From an uncultured Chlamydiae bacterium (GTDB lineage Bacteria > Chlamydiota > Chlamydiia > Chlamydiales > Parachlamydiaceae), in the NCBI GenBank assembly GCA_963830365.1, contig CAWHMU010000042.1, positions 1-64,000 of the forward strand: DNA of 64,000 bases. The letters run 5' to 3'. Shown piece by piece: positions 29,439-39,645 of the stretch. The notes beneath the pieces were generated by a model. That model was not told where the DNA came from and did not search any database. It worked only from the letters and a program-made list of their open reading frames with translations. Numbering within the stretch: position 1 is the first letter of the stretch; every line of letters begins with the position of its first letter. The translations under genes were made by a program, and so were the position numbers.

Positions 29439-31985
29439 ATGAATGATTTACCATCTCCCAAAGAGCCCATCTTCTGGCAACAGAATTTGACGGCTCTACT
29501 GGCATACCTTGAGGTAACCCCTGCCGGGTTGACAAGCCGCGAGGCTGCTCGTCGTCTAAAACGTTACGGCCCCAATGTGTTTCATCCGCAGCGAAAAAAT
29601 GCCGCGTTGTTGCACTTTCTATCCAAGTTTAATAATCCGCTCATCATCATTCTGCTTGCAGCCAGCGCTATCTCAGCCTTCACCGGTGATGTGATCAATT
29701 TTGTCATCATTACGCTTATGGTCATAATGAGCGTGACACTGGATTTTATTCAGGAATACAGGGCCGGGAAAGAGGCCGAAAAGCTACGTCAATCAGTGAC
29801 CGTGCATGTGCAGGCGCTGCGCGATGGGAAGTCTCAAGAGATACCTCTGCCTGCGCTAGTTCCAGGAGATGTGGTGTTGCTTGCCGCCGGGGACCTGATC
29901 CCTGCCGATGGACGCCTGTTGGAATCCAAGGACTTTTTTGTGAACCAAGCTCTGCTAACTGGAGAACCCTATCCGGTCGAGAAAAAGCCCGGCGAATTGC
30001 CGGATGAGGCCGAGATCCTATCTGCCGCCAACACGGTGCTGCGGGGAACTTCGGTAGTCAGCGGTACGGCAAAAGCATTGATCTGCGAAACCGCTTCAAA
30101 TACAGTGCTTGGCGATATTGCCGACAGCCTTATTGCCAAAGCACCTCCCACCGCATTTGAGCTAGGCACCCGCAAATTTGGGCTGCTTATCATGCGCCTT
30201 ACCATCTTCCTTGTTCTGTTTGTGCTGCTTGTTAATACCTTCTATCATAGACCCTGGCTCGAATCCTTTATTTTTGCTATTGCACTGGCCGTCGGCTTAA
30301 CTCCGGAACTGCTTCCGATGATCGTTTCAGTGACCCTTGCCAAAGGTGCGCAGCGCATGGCGGCTAAAAAAGTCATTGTTAAAAAACTTGCATCGATACA
30401 AAACCTGGGAAGCATGGATGTGCTTTGTACGGATAAGACCGGTACCCTGACCGAGGCGAAAATTCGTCTGGAGCGGCACATAGACGCGCTTGGAAATGAG
30501 AACGAGAGAATTTTAGAGTGGGCCTATCTGAACAGCTATTTTGAAACGGGCCTGAAAAGTCCTCTGGATGACGCGATTCTGGAGCATGAAAATATCGATA
30601 TGACCGGCTGGCATAAAATTGATGAAGTGCCCTTTGATTTCGAACGCCGCCGCGTTTCTGTACTGGTGGATAATGGACAGAAACGAATGCTTGTGGTTAA
30701 AGGAGCGCCTGAAGATATTTTGCGTCTTTGCACTACTTATGAGGGCGGTAGCGAAACCCAGCAGCTTCCTTTAGATGATGCGGCTATGATTTCATTAACC
30801 GCCCTGTGTGATTCTTTGGGTAAGGACGGATTCCGCGTGCTCGGTATTGCCTGGCGCCAGGTAGCAAACGACTATCCCCACGCCGTAGTAAATGATGAAA
30901 CAAAACTTGTTTTTTCAGGGTTCGCGGCCTTTCTTGATCCGGCTAAGGAAAGTGCGAAACAAGCGTTAGCAGACCTTGCCGCCAGCGGAGTCGCTGTCAA
31001 GGTTATAACCGGAGATAACGAACTGGTCACAAAACATATTTGCGGCCAGCTGGGGCTGCCTATCACCGGGGTTTTGACCGGCGCGGATCTGCTGAAAATG
31101 GATGATCAGGCTTTGGTGGGGCAGGTGGAAAATATTAACATATTTTGCCGCGTGACACCCGCCCAGAAAAATCGCATCATCCTAGCCTTAAAGCGGCGTG
31201 GACATACTGTAGGATATCTTGGAGACGGGATTAATGATGCGCCATCACTGCATTCGGCAGATATCGGCATTTCGGTAGATAGCGCCGTCGATGTAGCTAA
31301 AGACGCCGCCGATATGATCCTTTTGAAACACGATCTGAAAGCGTTACAGAGCGGAGTCATCGAGGGACGCCGCACCTTCAGCAACATTATGAAGTACATC
31401 ATGATGGGGACAAGCTCCAACTTCGGCAACATGTTCAGCATGGCAGGGGCTTCTTTGTTCCTTCCCTTCCTTCCCATGCTCCCCACACAGATTTTGGTTA
31501 ACAACATGCTCTATGATATATCCGAAATCCCTATCCCACTGGACAATGTCGACAAAGAATACCTGATGCGCCCCAGGCAATGGGACATTAACTTCGTTCG
31601 CAAGTTCATGCTGGTCGTTGGCCCGATCAGCTCCATCTTTGATTTTCTGACCTTTTTTGTGATGATCAAAATTTTTCATGCCGGCGAGGCTCTATTTCAT
31701 ACAGGCTGGTTCATCGAATCATTGGCAACCCAGGTCCTGGTGATCTTTATCATCCGCACGCGCAAGAATCCTCTAAAGAGCCGCCCCAATCCCTGGCTCA
31801 CGGTCTGTTCTCTCTCAGTGGTGGCATTAGCTATGGTGCTCCCTTTCACTCCATTAGGAGGGTATCTCGGCTTTGTCGCTCCGCCGCCGCTATTCTTTTT
31901 TATCCTGGCAAGCATGGTGGTCGTGTACTTACTGATGGTAGAAGTGGTGAAACAATGGTTTTACAAGCGTTTTGCCTCACACTGA
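29439..31985 (+). CDS. mgtA: Magnesium-translocating P-type ATPase
   Basis: TGEP, GLTPELLP, DKTGTLT, PFDFERRR, GDGIND, SSNFGNMFS, FHTGWFIES. Confidence 0.93.
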   Translation: MNDLPSPKEPIFWQQNLTALLAYLEVTPAGLTSREAARRLKRYGPNVFHPQRKNAALLHFLSKFNNPLIIILLAASAISAFTGDVINFVIITLMVIMSVTLDFIQEYRAGKEAEKLRQSVTVHVQALRDGKSQEIPLPALVPGDVVLLAAGDLIPADGRLLESKDFFVNQALLTGEPYPVEKKPGELPDEAEILSAANTVLRGTSVVSGTAKALICETASNTVLGDIADSLIAKAPPTAFELGTRKFGLLIMRLTIFLVLFVLLVNTFYHRPWLESFIFAIALAVGLTPELLPMIVSVTLAKGAQRMAAKKVIVKKLASIQNLGSMDVLCTDKTGTLTEAKIRLERHIDALGNENERILEWAYLNSYFETGLKSPLDDAILEHENIDMTGWHKIDEVPFDFERRRVSVLVDNGQKRMLVVKGAPEDILRLCTTYEGGSETQQLPLDDAAMISLTALCDSLGKDGFRVLGIAWRQVANDYPHAVVNDETKLVFSGFAAFLDPAKESAKQALADLAASGVAVKVITGDNELVTKHICGQLGLPITGVLTGADLLKMDDQALVGQVENINIFCRVTPAQKNRIILALKRRGHTVGYLGDGINDAPSLHSADIGISVDSAVDVAKDAADMILLKHDLKALQSGVIEGRRTFSNIMKYIMMGTSSNFGNMFSMAGASLFLPFLPMLPTQILVNNMLYDISEIPIPLDNVDKEYLMRPRQWDINFVRKFMLVVGPISSIFDFLTFFVMIKIFHAGEALFHTGWFIESLATQVLVIFIIRTRKNPLKSRPNPWLTVCSLSVVALAMVLPFTPLGGYLGFVAPPPLFFFILASMVVVYLLMVEVVKQWFYKRFASH

Positions 31986-32140
31986 ACATGCAAAGCTGAT
32001 CGCTTTAACTCGGGTTCAATCGGGCGTCTGGTCTGTCGCTTTTACTGAACTCCTATGGAGTTGCCAAAAATGCCGACAAGCGGCGATAAAGAGTCGAGGT
32101 TATTGGTCTGGCGGCAAAAAAACTGTAAGTGAGAGATGCG

Positions 32141-33619
32141 ATGAAAACATGGTCCAAATATCCCGTCATTTATGAGATCAACACCTGGGTGTGGCTGGGC
32201 GAGCTATCCCTGAAATACCAACGGCCGGTGGATCTTGCCAGCGTGCCTGTGCACGAATGGGAGGCTATCGCAGCGCATGGTTTTGATGCCGTGTGGTTCA
32301 TGGGCGTCTGGGAACGGAGCCCTGCCGGCATCGACGTCTCCATGCATAACAAAGGGCTGCTTGAAGATTTCAGAAGAGCTCTGCCTGACTTTGTGGCCAA
32401 AGATAATGTCGGCTCGCCATACTGCGTGCGCCGCTATGTCGTGGATGAACATCTAGGCGGATCTAAGGGGCTGGCAGCCGCACGGAGTGCGCTCAAAGAA
32501 CGGGGATTGCAGCTTATCCTGGACTTCGTCCCCAATCATGTGGCCCCCGATCATCCTTGGGTGAGGGCACATCCTGAATATTTCATCAGTGGCAATGACG
32601 AAGATCTGCGCCGGGACCCGGCTTCTTTTATTAAAATCGGTTCAAGCGTGATTGCCTGCGGCCGCGATCCCTACTTTCCGGCCTGGCAGGATGTGTTGCA
32701 GCTGAATGCCTTTGATCAAGGACTCCGCCAGGCTGTCTTCGATACTGTTTCAAGCATTGCGGAACAATGCGACGGTATCCGGTGCGACATGGCCATGCTC
32801 ATGCTGAACGATATCTTCGCATGTACCTGGGGCACGCGGGCAGGTGAAAAACCAGTCAACGATTACTGGAAGATCCTTATCCCGGCGATCAAGGCCAAGT
32901 ATGGACAGTTCAAGTTCATCGCCGAGGCATACTGGGATTTGGAGTGGGAACTGCAGCAGCAGGGGTTTGATTATTGCTACGACAAAAAACTCTATGACAG
33001 GCTGGCACACGCCAATGCCGAGGACGTGCGTTTGCACCTGCTGGCAGAGCTGCCATACCAGCAGAAGCTGATCCGGTTTATCGAAAATCATGACGAACCA
33101 AGAGCTGCCGCCACCTTCCCCTCGGGCAAAGGCTGCGCGGCCGCCGTAGCGACGCTTACACTGGTAGGGGCAAAGCTATTGTATGAAGGGCAGTTTGAGG
33201 GGTTGAAGGTTAGGCTGCCGGTCTTTCTGGACCGCCGTCCCGTAGAGCCGGTTGAGCAAGGCCTCGAGGCCTTCTATGGTCATCTTTTGAAAGCCATCAA
33301 TCGCGATGTCTTCCGCAATGGGGAATGGGCGCTTTGCGAGCGCAACGGCTGGCCCGATAACCCAAGCTTTATGAACATTTTGGCCTGGTGTTGGCTTAAA
33401 GACGATGAGCGCTACCTCATCATCATAAATTACGCCCACCAAGAGTCCCAAGGGCGCGTCCGTCTGGCGTGGGAGACGCTGAGAAGCAAACAGTGGCGCC
33501 TCAGCGATGTGCTGTCTTTAGAGACTTTCGATCGCAGCGGGGATGAGATGCGGGATGCCGGCCTGTACGTCGATCTGAAGCCTTGGAAATACCACCTGTT
33601 CCGCCTCGATGCAACCTAG
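32141..33619 (+). CDS. GH13 alpha-amylase-family glycosidase
   Basis: IYEINT, GSPY, LDFVPNH, DGIRCDMA, IAEAYW, ENHDE. Confidence 0.9.
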   Translation: MKTWSKYPVIYEINTWVWLGELSLKYQRPVDLASVPVHEWEAIAAHGFDAVWFMGVWERSPAGIDVSMHNKGLLEDFRRALPDFVAKDNVGSPYCVRRYVVDEHLGGSKGLAAARSALKERGLQLILDFVPNHVAPDHPWVRAHPEYFISGNDEDLRRDPASFIKIGSSVIACGRDPYFPAWQDVLQLNAFDQGLRQAVFDTVSSIAEQCDGIRCDMAMLMLNDIFACTWGTRAGEKPVNDYWKILIPAIKAKYGQFKFIAEAYWDLEWELQQQGFDYCYDKKLYDRLAHANAEDVRLHLLAELPYQQKLIRFIENHDEPRAAATFPSGKGCAAAVATLTLVGAKLLYEGQFEGLKVRLPVFLDRRPVEPVEQGLEAFYGHLLKAINRDVFRNGEWALCERNGWPDNPSFMNILAWCWLKDDERYLIIINYAHQESQGRVRLAWETLRSKQWRLSDVLSLETFDRSGDEMRDAGLYVDLKPWKYHLFRLDAT

Positions 33620-33884
33620 TGTCGGGAATGTCCATATATGCTCTTATAACATAGTATGGGCGTTAGTCTGCATGAGTGGTAGGCGCCAGATCTTTTTTGC
33701 CTTTTTTTTCTCTTTCTGTAGCCCATATCTAAGCAGAGCGCAGGTGTGGGAACCAAGGACCATGCGGCCTAACCGGGGACCGGTTAATCTTTTTATATTG
33801 ATTAGACCTCATGCATATAGAAAGTTTGTAACGGTGTGCGTCAGACAATTTATCAACTTTTATGCTTGAGATGGGTTGATGGTC

Positions 33885-34373
33885 CTTGTCGTTACCCATA
33901 ACTATCAATCGAATATTTTAAGACATTTTTTTGGCCATGATCGCTTATTCAGTCAAGAAAGCAAAAAGAGAGGAACTCCTACGGAGTTAAATGCAATTAT
34001 TCGTTTTCCCATAGTTGCGGCTGTCTTCGCTTGCGCTCGCGAGCCTTAACTACGGGCTACAAAGAGATCGATCTGCAAGACCTCAAAAGAACTCATGGCC
34101 TATGTACCGGCAGAGAAGGTAGATTAATAAACCTCATTGTGAATATATTTCAAAGCTTTTTTTGTTGGCGGAGCTTATCTCTTTGTAGCCCGTGGCTAAG
34201 GCGTGCGAGCGCAAGCGAAGACAGCCGCAGCTACGGGAAAACGCATATTCTTATTTAACTCCGTAGGAGTTCCTCTCTTTTTGCTTTGGTGACCGAATGT
34301 TTTCCCTACGAAGATGAGAATAGCCAAAAAAAATACTTAAAATATTCGATTGATAGTTGTGGGTAACGACAAG
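33885..34373. mobile_element. MITE with IS50/Tn5-like (IS4 family) ends
   Basis: TIR CTTGTCGTTACCCA(T/C)AACTATCAATCGAATATTTTAAG, perfect 10-bp TSD GTTGATGGTC; same terminus as 49661-50212. Confidence 0.9.
33933..34326. repeat. Family-B palindromic element inside the IS50-type ends
   Basis: Inverted homologue of 13470-13860; boundaries approximate. Confidence 0.85.
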
Positions 34374-34741
34374 GTTGATGGTCCTCAATTCATGATAATA
34401 AATGTATTTGTAGGAAAGGAAAAGAAGAACCGGTCCCCGGTTAGGTCTTATTGGCATGGATTCCCACACCTGCGCTCTGCTTGGTGTGGGCTACAGAAAG
34501 AGAGAAAAAAGGGCAAAAAAGATGAGGCGTCTGCCACTTATGTAGACTGAAGTCGACGCTACATCATGAGTGCATAAATTCTATCGTGTTTTTTAATTTG
34601 GATGACATTGTCTATCTGCTCTTCTTTTTGGCAGATGAATCGATAGAGGAAAAACAAAACATATGTTATGCTATACGCCTTTAGCAGCGTCTTATGAATG
34701 TGACTTATGAAGACACGAATCATCAATAGGGAAAATAATTA

Positions 34742-35341
34742 ATGAAAAATAAATTTGTTGTGTTATGCAGCGCCATCACACTCGTTTGCGGCTGTGACTT
34801 TGTCCATAGTGCGCCGCTGGCTGTTGATCAAATTCACTCTTCCAAGGAGAACGCGATGGAAAGGTATACCGTTGTGCAAAAGCCCGCCATGATAGTGGTG
34901 GGGATCGAGTGCCGGACATCCAATGCTCCCGAAGCCGGTCCGCATGATATCCCAAAACATTGGGGAAAGTTTTATAGCGAAGACATTTTGAATAAGATCC
35001 CACATAAAGCCTCCGATGAAGTCATCGCCCTTTATTGCGATTATGAAGGCGACTACACACAGCCCTACTCGTTTGTGATCGGTTGCCGGGTCGATGCATG
35101 GGATACCATCCCAACAGGTATGGTCGCCAAAACTGTGCCGGCAGGTCCTTATGCCGTCTTCCGTGCTGTAGGGGAATATCCAGCCAGTCTGATTGAAACC
35201 TGGGGGAAAATCTGGCAAACACCATTGAAGCGCGCGTATACAGGGGATTATGAACTCTACGGGGATAAATTCACTGCCGGCTCGCCTAAAGAGGTAGAGG
35301 TTTTCATCGCTATTGAGGAAGATGCATCGGAGAATTTCTGA
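34742..35341 (+). CDS. GyrI-like/AraC effector-binding small-molecule-binding protein
   Basis: VVGIECRTSN, ALYCDYEGD, PAGPYAVF, RAYTGDYELY. Confidence 0.85.
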   Translation: MKNKFVVLCSAITLVCGCDFVHSAPLAVDQIHSSKENAMERYTVVQKPAMIVVGIECRTSNAPEAGPHDIPKHWGKFYSEDILNKIPHKASDEVIALYCDYEGDYTQPYSFVIGCRVDAWDTIPTGMVAKTVPAGPYAVFRAVGEYPASLIETWGKIWQTPLKRAYTGDYELYGDKFTAGSPKEVEVFIAIEEDASENF

Positions 35342-35463
35342 AGATATCACATTTATCCATCTACACCATTCTGCGTAATTGAAGGGCCTGTCCGGGAAAA
35401 AATGGTAATAGAATCCTAAAAGTGGCTGGGGTCGGCCAAATATGAGCTCAACTGTGGTACCTA

Positions 35464-36357
35464 ATGTCAACGATGGATAGTATGCTTACTTTGTACCAAC
35501 AGCGCCTAAGCCCGCCAGGCGCTACCTTTTCGCGCATCGACCATGACGATGCCATGGTGGCCCATGTCTATCGGGTTTCAGAGCCCGATGGCAGTGATTT
35601 TATCTTGAAAATATGTGAACGCCCTAACGATTATTTGCGCGAAGTGTATTTTCTGAAGCATTTTGCCGGCAAAGTAAAGGTGCCGCGCCTTGTACAGGAA
35701 GTGTCACCTGAAGCGGGTGTGCATGGAGCTGTGTTGATGGAGAGCCTGCCAGGCACGCTGCTAACAGCAACAGATTTTAACGCTACGCTGGCCTATGAAC
35801 TTGGGGCGCTGCTCGCCCGCATTCACCTTCAGCGGGTAGTGGGCTACGGCGACCTTATTCAGCCGCATGATTTGAACGCGGATCCACGTTTTCATTTTAA
35901 CCTGAAGTTTGAGGAAGGTTTTGCCGAATGTAGCGATCATCTGCCTAAAATATTGCTTGCACAGTGCCGCCGCTATTATGATACGCATATTGATCTTCTG
36001 TCATATGTGGACGGTCCTTGCATAGTGCACCGTGATTTCCGAGCCGGCAATGTGATTGTTGCTGATGGCAAAATTAGCGGGGTGATTGATTGGTCGTCAG
36101 CCCGTGCCAGCTTTGCGCAGGAGGATTTCTGCCCTATGGAACACGGGGAGTGGCCAATCCATCCGGACAGTAAGAAGTCCTTTTTAGCGGGATATGCCGG
36201 CATTCGTCCAGTCCCTGATTACAGCGCTCTGATGCCGCTCTTGCGTCTGAGCCGGGCTTTTGCTACGATTGGCTTTTTAGTCAAGCGTGGCACATGGGAC
36301 GGGATTCACGCTAGTGTGTACCAATCCAACCGCGGGTTTTTGGACACGTTTTTTTGA
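35464..36357 (+). CDS. Aminoglycoside-phosphotransferase-family kinase
   Basis: FILKI, VPRL, LARIH, HRDFRAGN, GVIDW. Confidence 0.85.
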   Translation: MSTMDSMLTLYQQRLSPPGATFSRIDHDDAMVAHVYRVSEPDGSDFILKICERPNDYLREVYFLKHFAGKVKVPRLVQEVSPEAGVHGAVLMESLPGTLLTATDFNATLAYELGALLARIHLQRVVGYGDLIQPHDLNADPRFHFNLKFEEGFAECSDHLPKILLAQCRRYYDTHIDLLSYVDGPCIVHRDFRAGNVIVADGKISGVIDWSSARASFAQEDFCPMEHGEWPIHPDSKKSFLAGYAGIRPVPDYSALMPLLRLSRAFATIGFLVKRGTWDGIHASVYQSNRGFLDTFF

Positions 36358-36391
36358 TAAAAATGTAATGGAAATGAGCATGGATGTGCAT

Positions 36392-36921
36392 ATGAAATCA
36401 AAATACCGCTTCAATTTTAAACCCGTTGATGCCGCGCAGCGATCGCTTGTGCATCAGTGGTTGGCACTGCCTTATGTGGCCGAGTGGTTTTATGGACAGG
36501 GGCTGGCAAACACCATCAAACATTTGGATGAGTTTCTGCAAGGCCCGTCCGCATCACATATTGGCTGGGGTGTGATAATGAGCACCCCATGGCTTTTTTT
36601 ATTACATCATCAGTCTGCAAACCCGGCGATACAATAGCCCGCTGGTGTTCAGAGGAAGGTGATGCCATCACGCTCGATATGCTGATCGGTGACACAGAGT
36701 ATCTGGGAAAGAGGCTTTCGCATGTGCTCATTCAGGAATTTCTGCTTAGCCAATTCCCACATGTCGCTGAGGTGCTGATCGATCCTGAGGCGACAAATTT
36801 GCGTGCCGTGCATGTATACCAAAAAGTAGGCTTTAGGACCCTGGGCGAGTTCATCCCAGGGCATAGCCCCAACCCTCACTACATGATGCGGTTGAGCATG
36901 CATCAGCTTCTATCGCAGTGA
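36392..36921 (+). pseudogene. GNAT acetyltransferase (AAC(6')-like), frameshifted
   Basis: QWLALPYVAEWF in one frame; YWLG..DMLIGDTEYLGK..IDPEATNLRAVHVYQKVGF in another; switch near 36545-36560. Confidence 0.75.
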
Positions 36922-37131
36922 TAGTGATTACCTAAATTTTGCTTGCTGGATTAAGCGGAGATGCGGTATAAATTTAGCCATGAATATTAAAAGAGATGCA
37001 CATTTGACTGCTAGTAGGCTTTGTAGCCATTCGGTTGCGAAACCTGCTGTCTCTTTTTTTTCGCTTGCTCTCCTTTCTCTATTCCTTCTGTGCCGGCAGG
37101 CACAATAATTTATTTTCGCTACATTTTTTTT

Positions 37132-37373
37132 GGTTCATCACACAAGTGAGTGGTTGTAGAGGTGAAATCTCAAAAGCTCATCGTGTAGGCTTTGGCAGAA
37201 CGGATTGGGGTCAGGCTTGCGATTTGCGATTTGAAAGGAATCGGCCTTCCTGAATTTATTGTAGGTCTTTCAAATCACAAATCACAAGCCAGACCCCAAT
37301 CCTCAGAGTCCACTTGCGCCATGAGTTTATTTGAAAAGTCATCTCTACCAACCACTCACTTGTGTGATGAACC
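37132..37373 (+). mobile_element. Family-D MITE (divergent copy)
   Basis: GGTTCATCACACAAGTGAGTGGTTG...CAACCACTCACTTGTGTGATGAACC in a T-rich target; TSD ambiguous. Confidence 0.9.
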
Positions 37374-37439
37374 ATTTTTTGTTGTTTACGAAGGTCCAAA
37401 GGGCCTTTGAATTAAATTTTATTTAATAAGGATAATTTT

Positions 37440-38690
37440 ATGACATTGTCGACCTCAACCTCACGTACTTTGGCGTGGGGGGTATGGATAATCGCATCCG
37501 TATTTTATGCATACCAGTACATCTTAAGAGTAATGCCTAATATTATGTTGAACGATATTATGCAGCAATTTGGCATAGGCACAGCAACGTTTGGCCAGTT
37601 CTCCGGTGTTTATTACCTCGGTTATTCGCTAATGCATTTGCCGATAGGGATCATGCTCGATCGCCATGGTCCAAGAAAAATTATGACGATGTGCATACTT
37701 TTTACTGTGATGGGCCTAATGCCTCTCCTCTTCGCTGAGCATTGGATTTATCCAATTGTGGGAAGGTTCTTTATCGGGATCGGCTCATCTGCCGCTATAT
37801 TAGGAGTCTTCAAAATCATTCGCATGACATTTGATGCAGAGCGTTTTCCGCGCATATTAAGCCTATCGGTAACTATAGGCTTGATGGGAGCCATCTATGG
37901 GGGAGGGCCTGTAAGTTATATGCGGGACATTTTTGGCTATCAAACAGTCGTTCAAGCCTTTGCTGTTTCCGGATTGCTCCTAGCCGGCATTACTTACTGG
38001 ATTATTCCCGATGTAAAGAGTTCGTCAGAGAGGACGGTCATATCAGACATTCGCGAAGTTTTGACTAACAGCCGTGTGGTTTGGTCTTGTATTTTTGCTG
38101 GTTTGATGGTTGGTCCTTTGGAAGGTTTCGCTGATGTATGGGGGACGGTATTTTTAAAGCAGGTCTATGGCTTTGAAGGGACGTTAGCAGCCAGCATGCC
38201 ATCCATGATTTTTGTTGGCATGTGCTTTGGGGCGCCTGTATTGAGCTTGATTGCCGAGAAAGCCGGTAGCTACCTTGCCATCATTATTGCCGCCGGAGTA
38301 ACAATGGCAGCTTGTTTTGCATTGTTACTGATTTGGCAGTTGCCAACGGGAATTCTTACCTTCAATTTTACCGTAGTAGGGGTATGTTGTGCTTATCAAA
38401 TCCTGGCTATCTATAAAGCTTCGACCTATGTGCGAGAAGAGGTTGTTGGGTTAACGACAGCGGTTGCAAACATGATCATCATGATTTTCGGTTATGTATT
38501 TCATTCCGTCATCGGTGGAGTTATTAATGCCATGGGAGGGCCAAGCACGTCGCAAGCTCTGATTTACGGGACAGCGGTTATTCCCATAACCCTGAGCTTG
38601 GGCACGGGTGGATTTGTGTTGTTATTTATTCGAGAAAGAATAACGCGCAGAAAGCAGATCATGAAACTTGTAAATGCAGAGATTATATAA
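37440..38690 (+). CDS. MFS transporter
   Basis: About 12 TM segments; motif A GIMLDRHGPRK; GRFFIGIG. Confidence 0.92.
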   Translation: MTLSTSTSRTLAWGVWIIASVFYAYQYILRVMPNIMLNDIMQQFGIGTATFGQFSGVYYLGYSLMHLPIGIMLDRHGPRKIMTMCILFTVMGLMPLLFAEHWIYPIVGRFFIGIGSSAAILGVFKIIRMTFDAERFPRILSLSVTIGLMGAIYGGGPVSYMRDIFGYQTVVQAFAVSGLLLAGITYWIIPDVKSSSERTVISDIREVLTNSRVVWSCIFAGLMVGPLEGFADVWGTVFLKQVYGFEGTLAASMPSMIFVGMCFGAPVLSLIAEKAGSYLAIIIAAGVTMAACFALLLIWQLPTGILTFNFTVVGVCCAYQILAIYKASTYVREEVVGLTTAVANMIIMIFGYVFHSVIGGVINAMGGPSTSQALIYGTAVIPITLSLGTGGFVLLFIRERITRRKQIMKLVNAEII

Positions 38691-38697
38691 CAATAAA

Positions 38698-39510
38698 GGT
38701 TCATCGCACAATCGCCTACCTGTCCTAGAGGATTCGTTAAAAAGACTCAATAATGCCTGGTTGAAAAACGAGAATTAACAATATATTTGTAAGGTTCTCT
38801 TTGAAAGAAATCGACATTCTAGCACAGAAGGTCTCGTTAGCCTAGATAGAGGCGGAAGCATGTAGCCATAGGTGTCAACCTAAGGAATGAAATGTAGCAA
38901 AAAATTAGCCGTGAATACGGCGACAGCAACTTTGAGGCTCATCGCGCAAATGAGTACCTGACCGAGGAGAACGGAGAAAAGGACCTAGTTTAGACTAGTT
39001 GAAAAAGAGAAGCAGACAATTTATTAAGGCTAATCACGCAAATGAGTACCCATGAGGTTTTCCCGACCTTCTCTGTGACTCTGTGCCTCTGTGGTGAAAT
39101 CTGCTTGCTGGATGTATAGTCTTATCAATCAGAGTGTTACGGAAAGCTTCACCACCGAGACACCGAGGCACAGAGAAGAAAAATGGAGATTGCTCTTAGG
39201 GTTTTGTTAATTAGGTACTCATTTGCGCGATGAACCAACTTTGAGGAAAGTTGAATTAAATGCGATTATTACACCATATAATATCCTTTAGTCATTGCTG
39301 TCGCCGTATTCACGGCTTTGTTTCTAAACATGCGATGACCACACGCTGACGCATGTGGCTACATGCTTCCGCCTCTATCGAGGCTTTAAAAAGTGTTCTC
39401 ATAGCTTGCGCTCTGTCGCTTATCTGGCAACACTTGCTAAAATCCTACTTTCACAGCAGCGAATGTGCAATTTGCGGATTTGGATGATGCGTTATTTGCA
39501 ACTCCCTCAC
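38698..39510 (+). mobile_element. Family-A MITE (right end eroded) with nested composite insertion
   Basis: Starts GGTTCATCGCACAATCGCCTACCTG and is colinear with 24527-25666; right boundary approximate. Confidence 0.85.
38936..39236. mobile_element. Composite MITE: extra terminus and arm plus family-E element (39028-39236)
   Basis: GGCTCATCGCGCAAATGAGTACC...GGTACTCATTTGCGCGATGAACC, perfect 8-bp TSD AACTTTGA. Confidence 0.9.
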
Positions 39511-39645
39511 TTGTGTAACGGCAACCATGTTGCCATAATAATGGTTGAGGTATAATCGATGTCTCATATTTGATGAAAATGAGGCCAAAGATGAACCAGA
39601 TCCTGGTATATTCCTAATTTCTAAATCTAAGGCGAGTACGTTTCT

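Larger units (their letters stand above)
33665..34548. repeat. Family-C palindromic element (outer layer of a three-layer nest)
   Basis: Inverted arms ~120 bp including TTTTTTGCC..CTGTAGCCCA..GCAGAGCGCAGGTGTGGG..CCTAACCGGGGACCGG and its complement. Confidence 0.85.

Noticed and set aside
34763..35470. Long antisense ORFs (also 44053-44751 and 56099-56857)
   Set aside because: Shadows of well-supported genes on the opposite strand with no recognisable motifs
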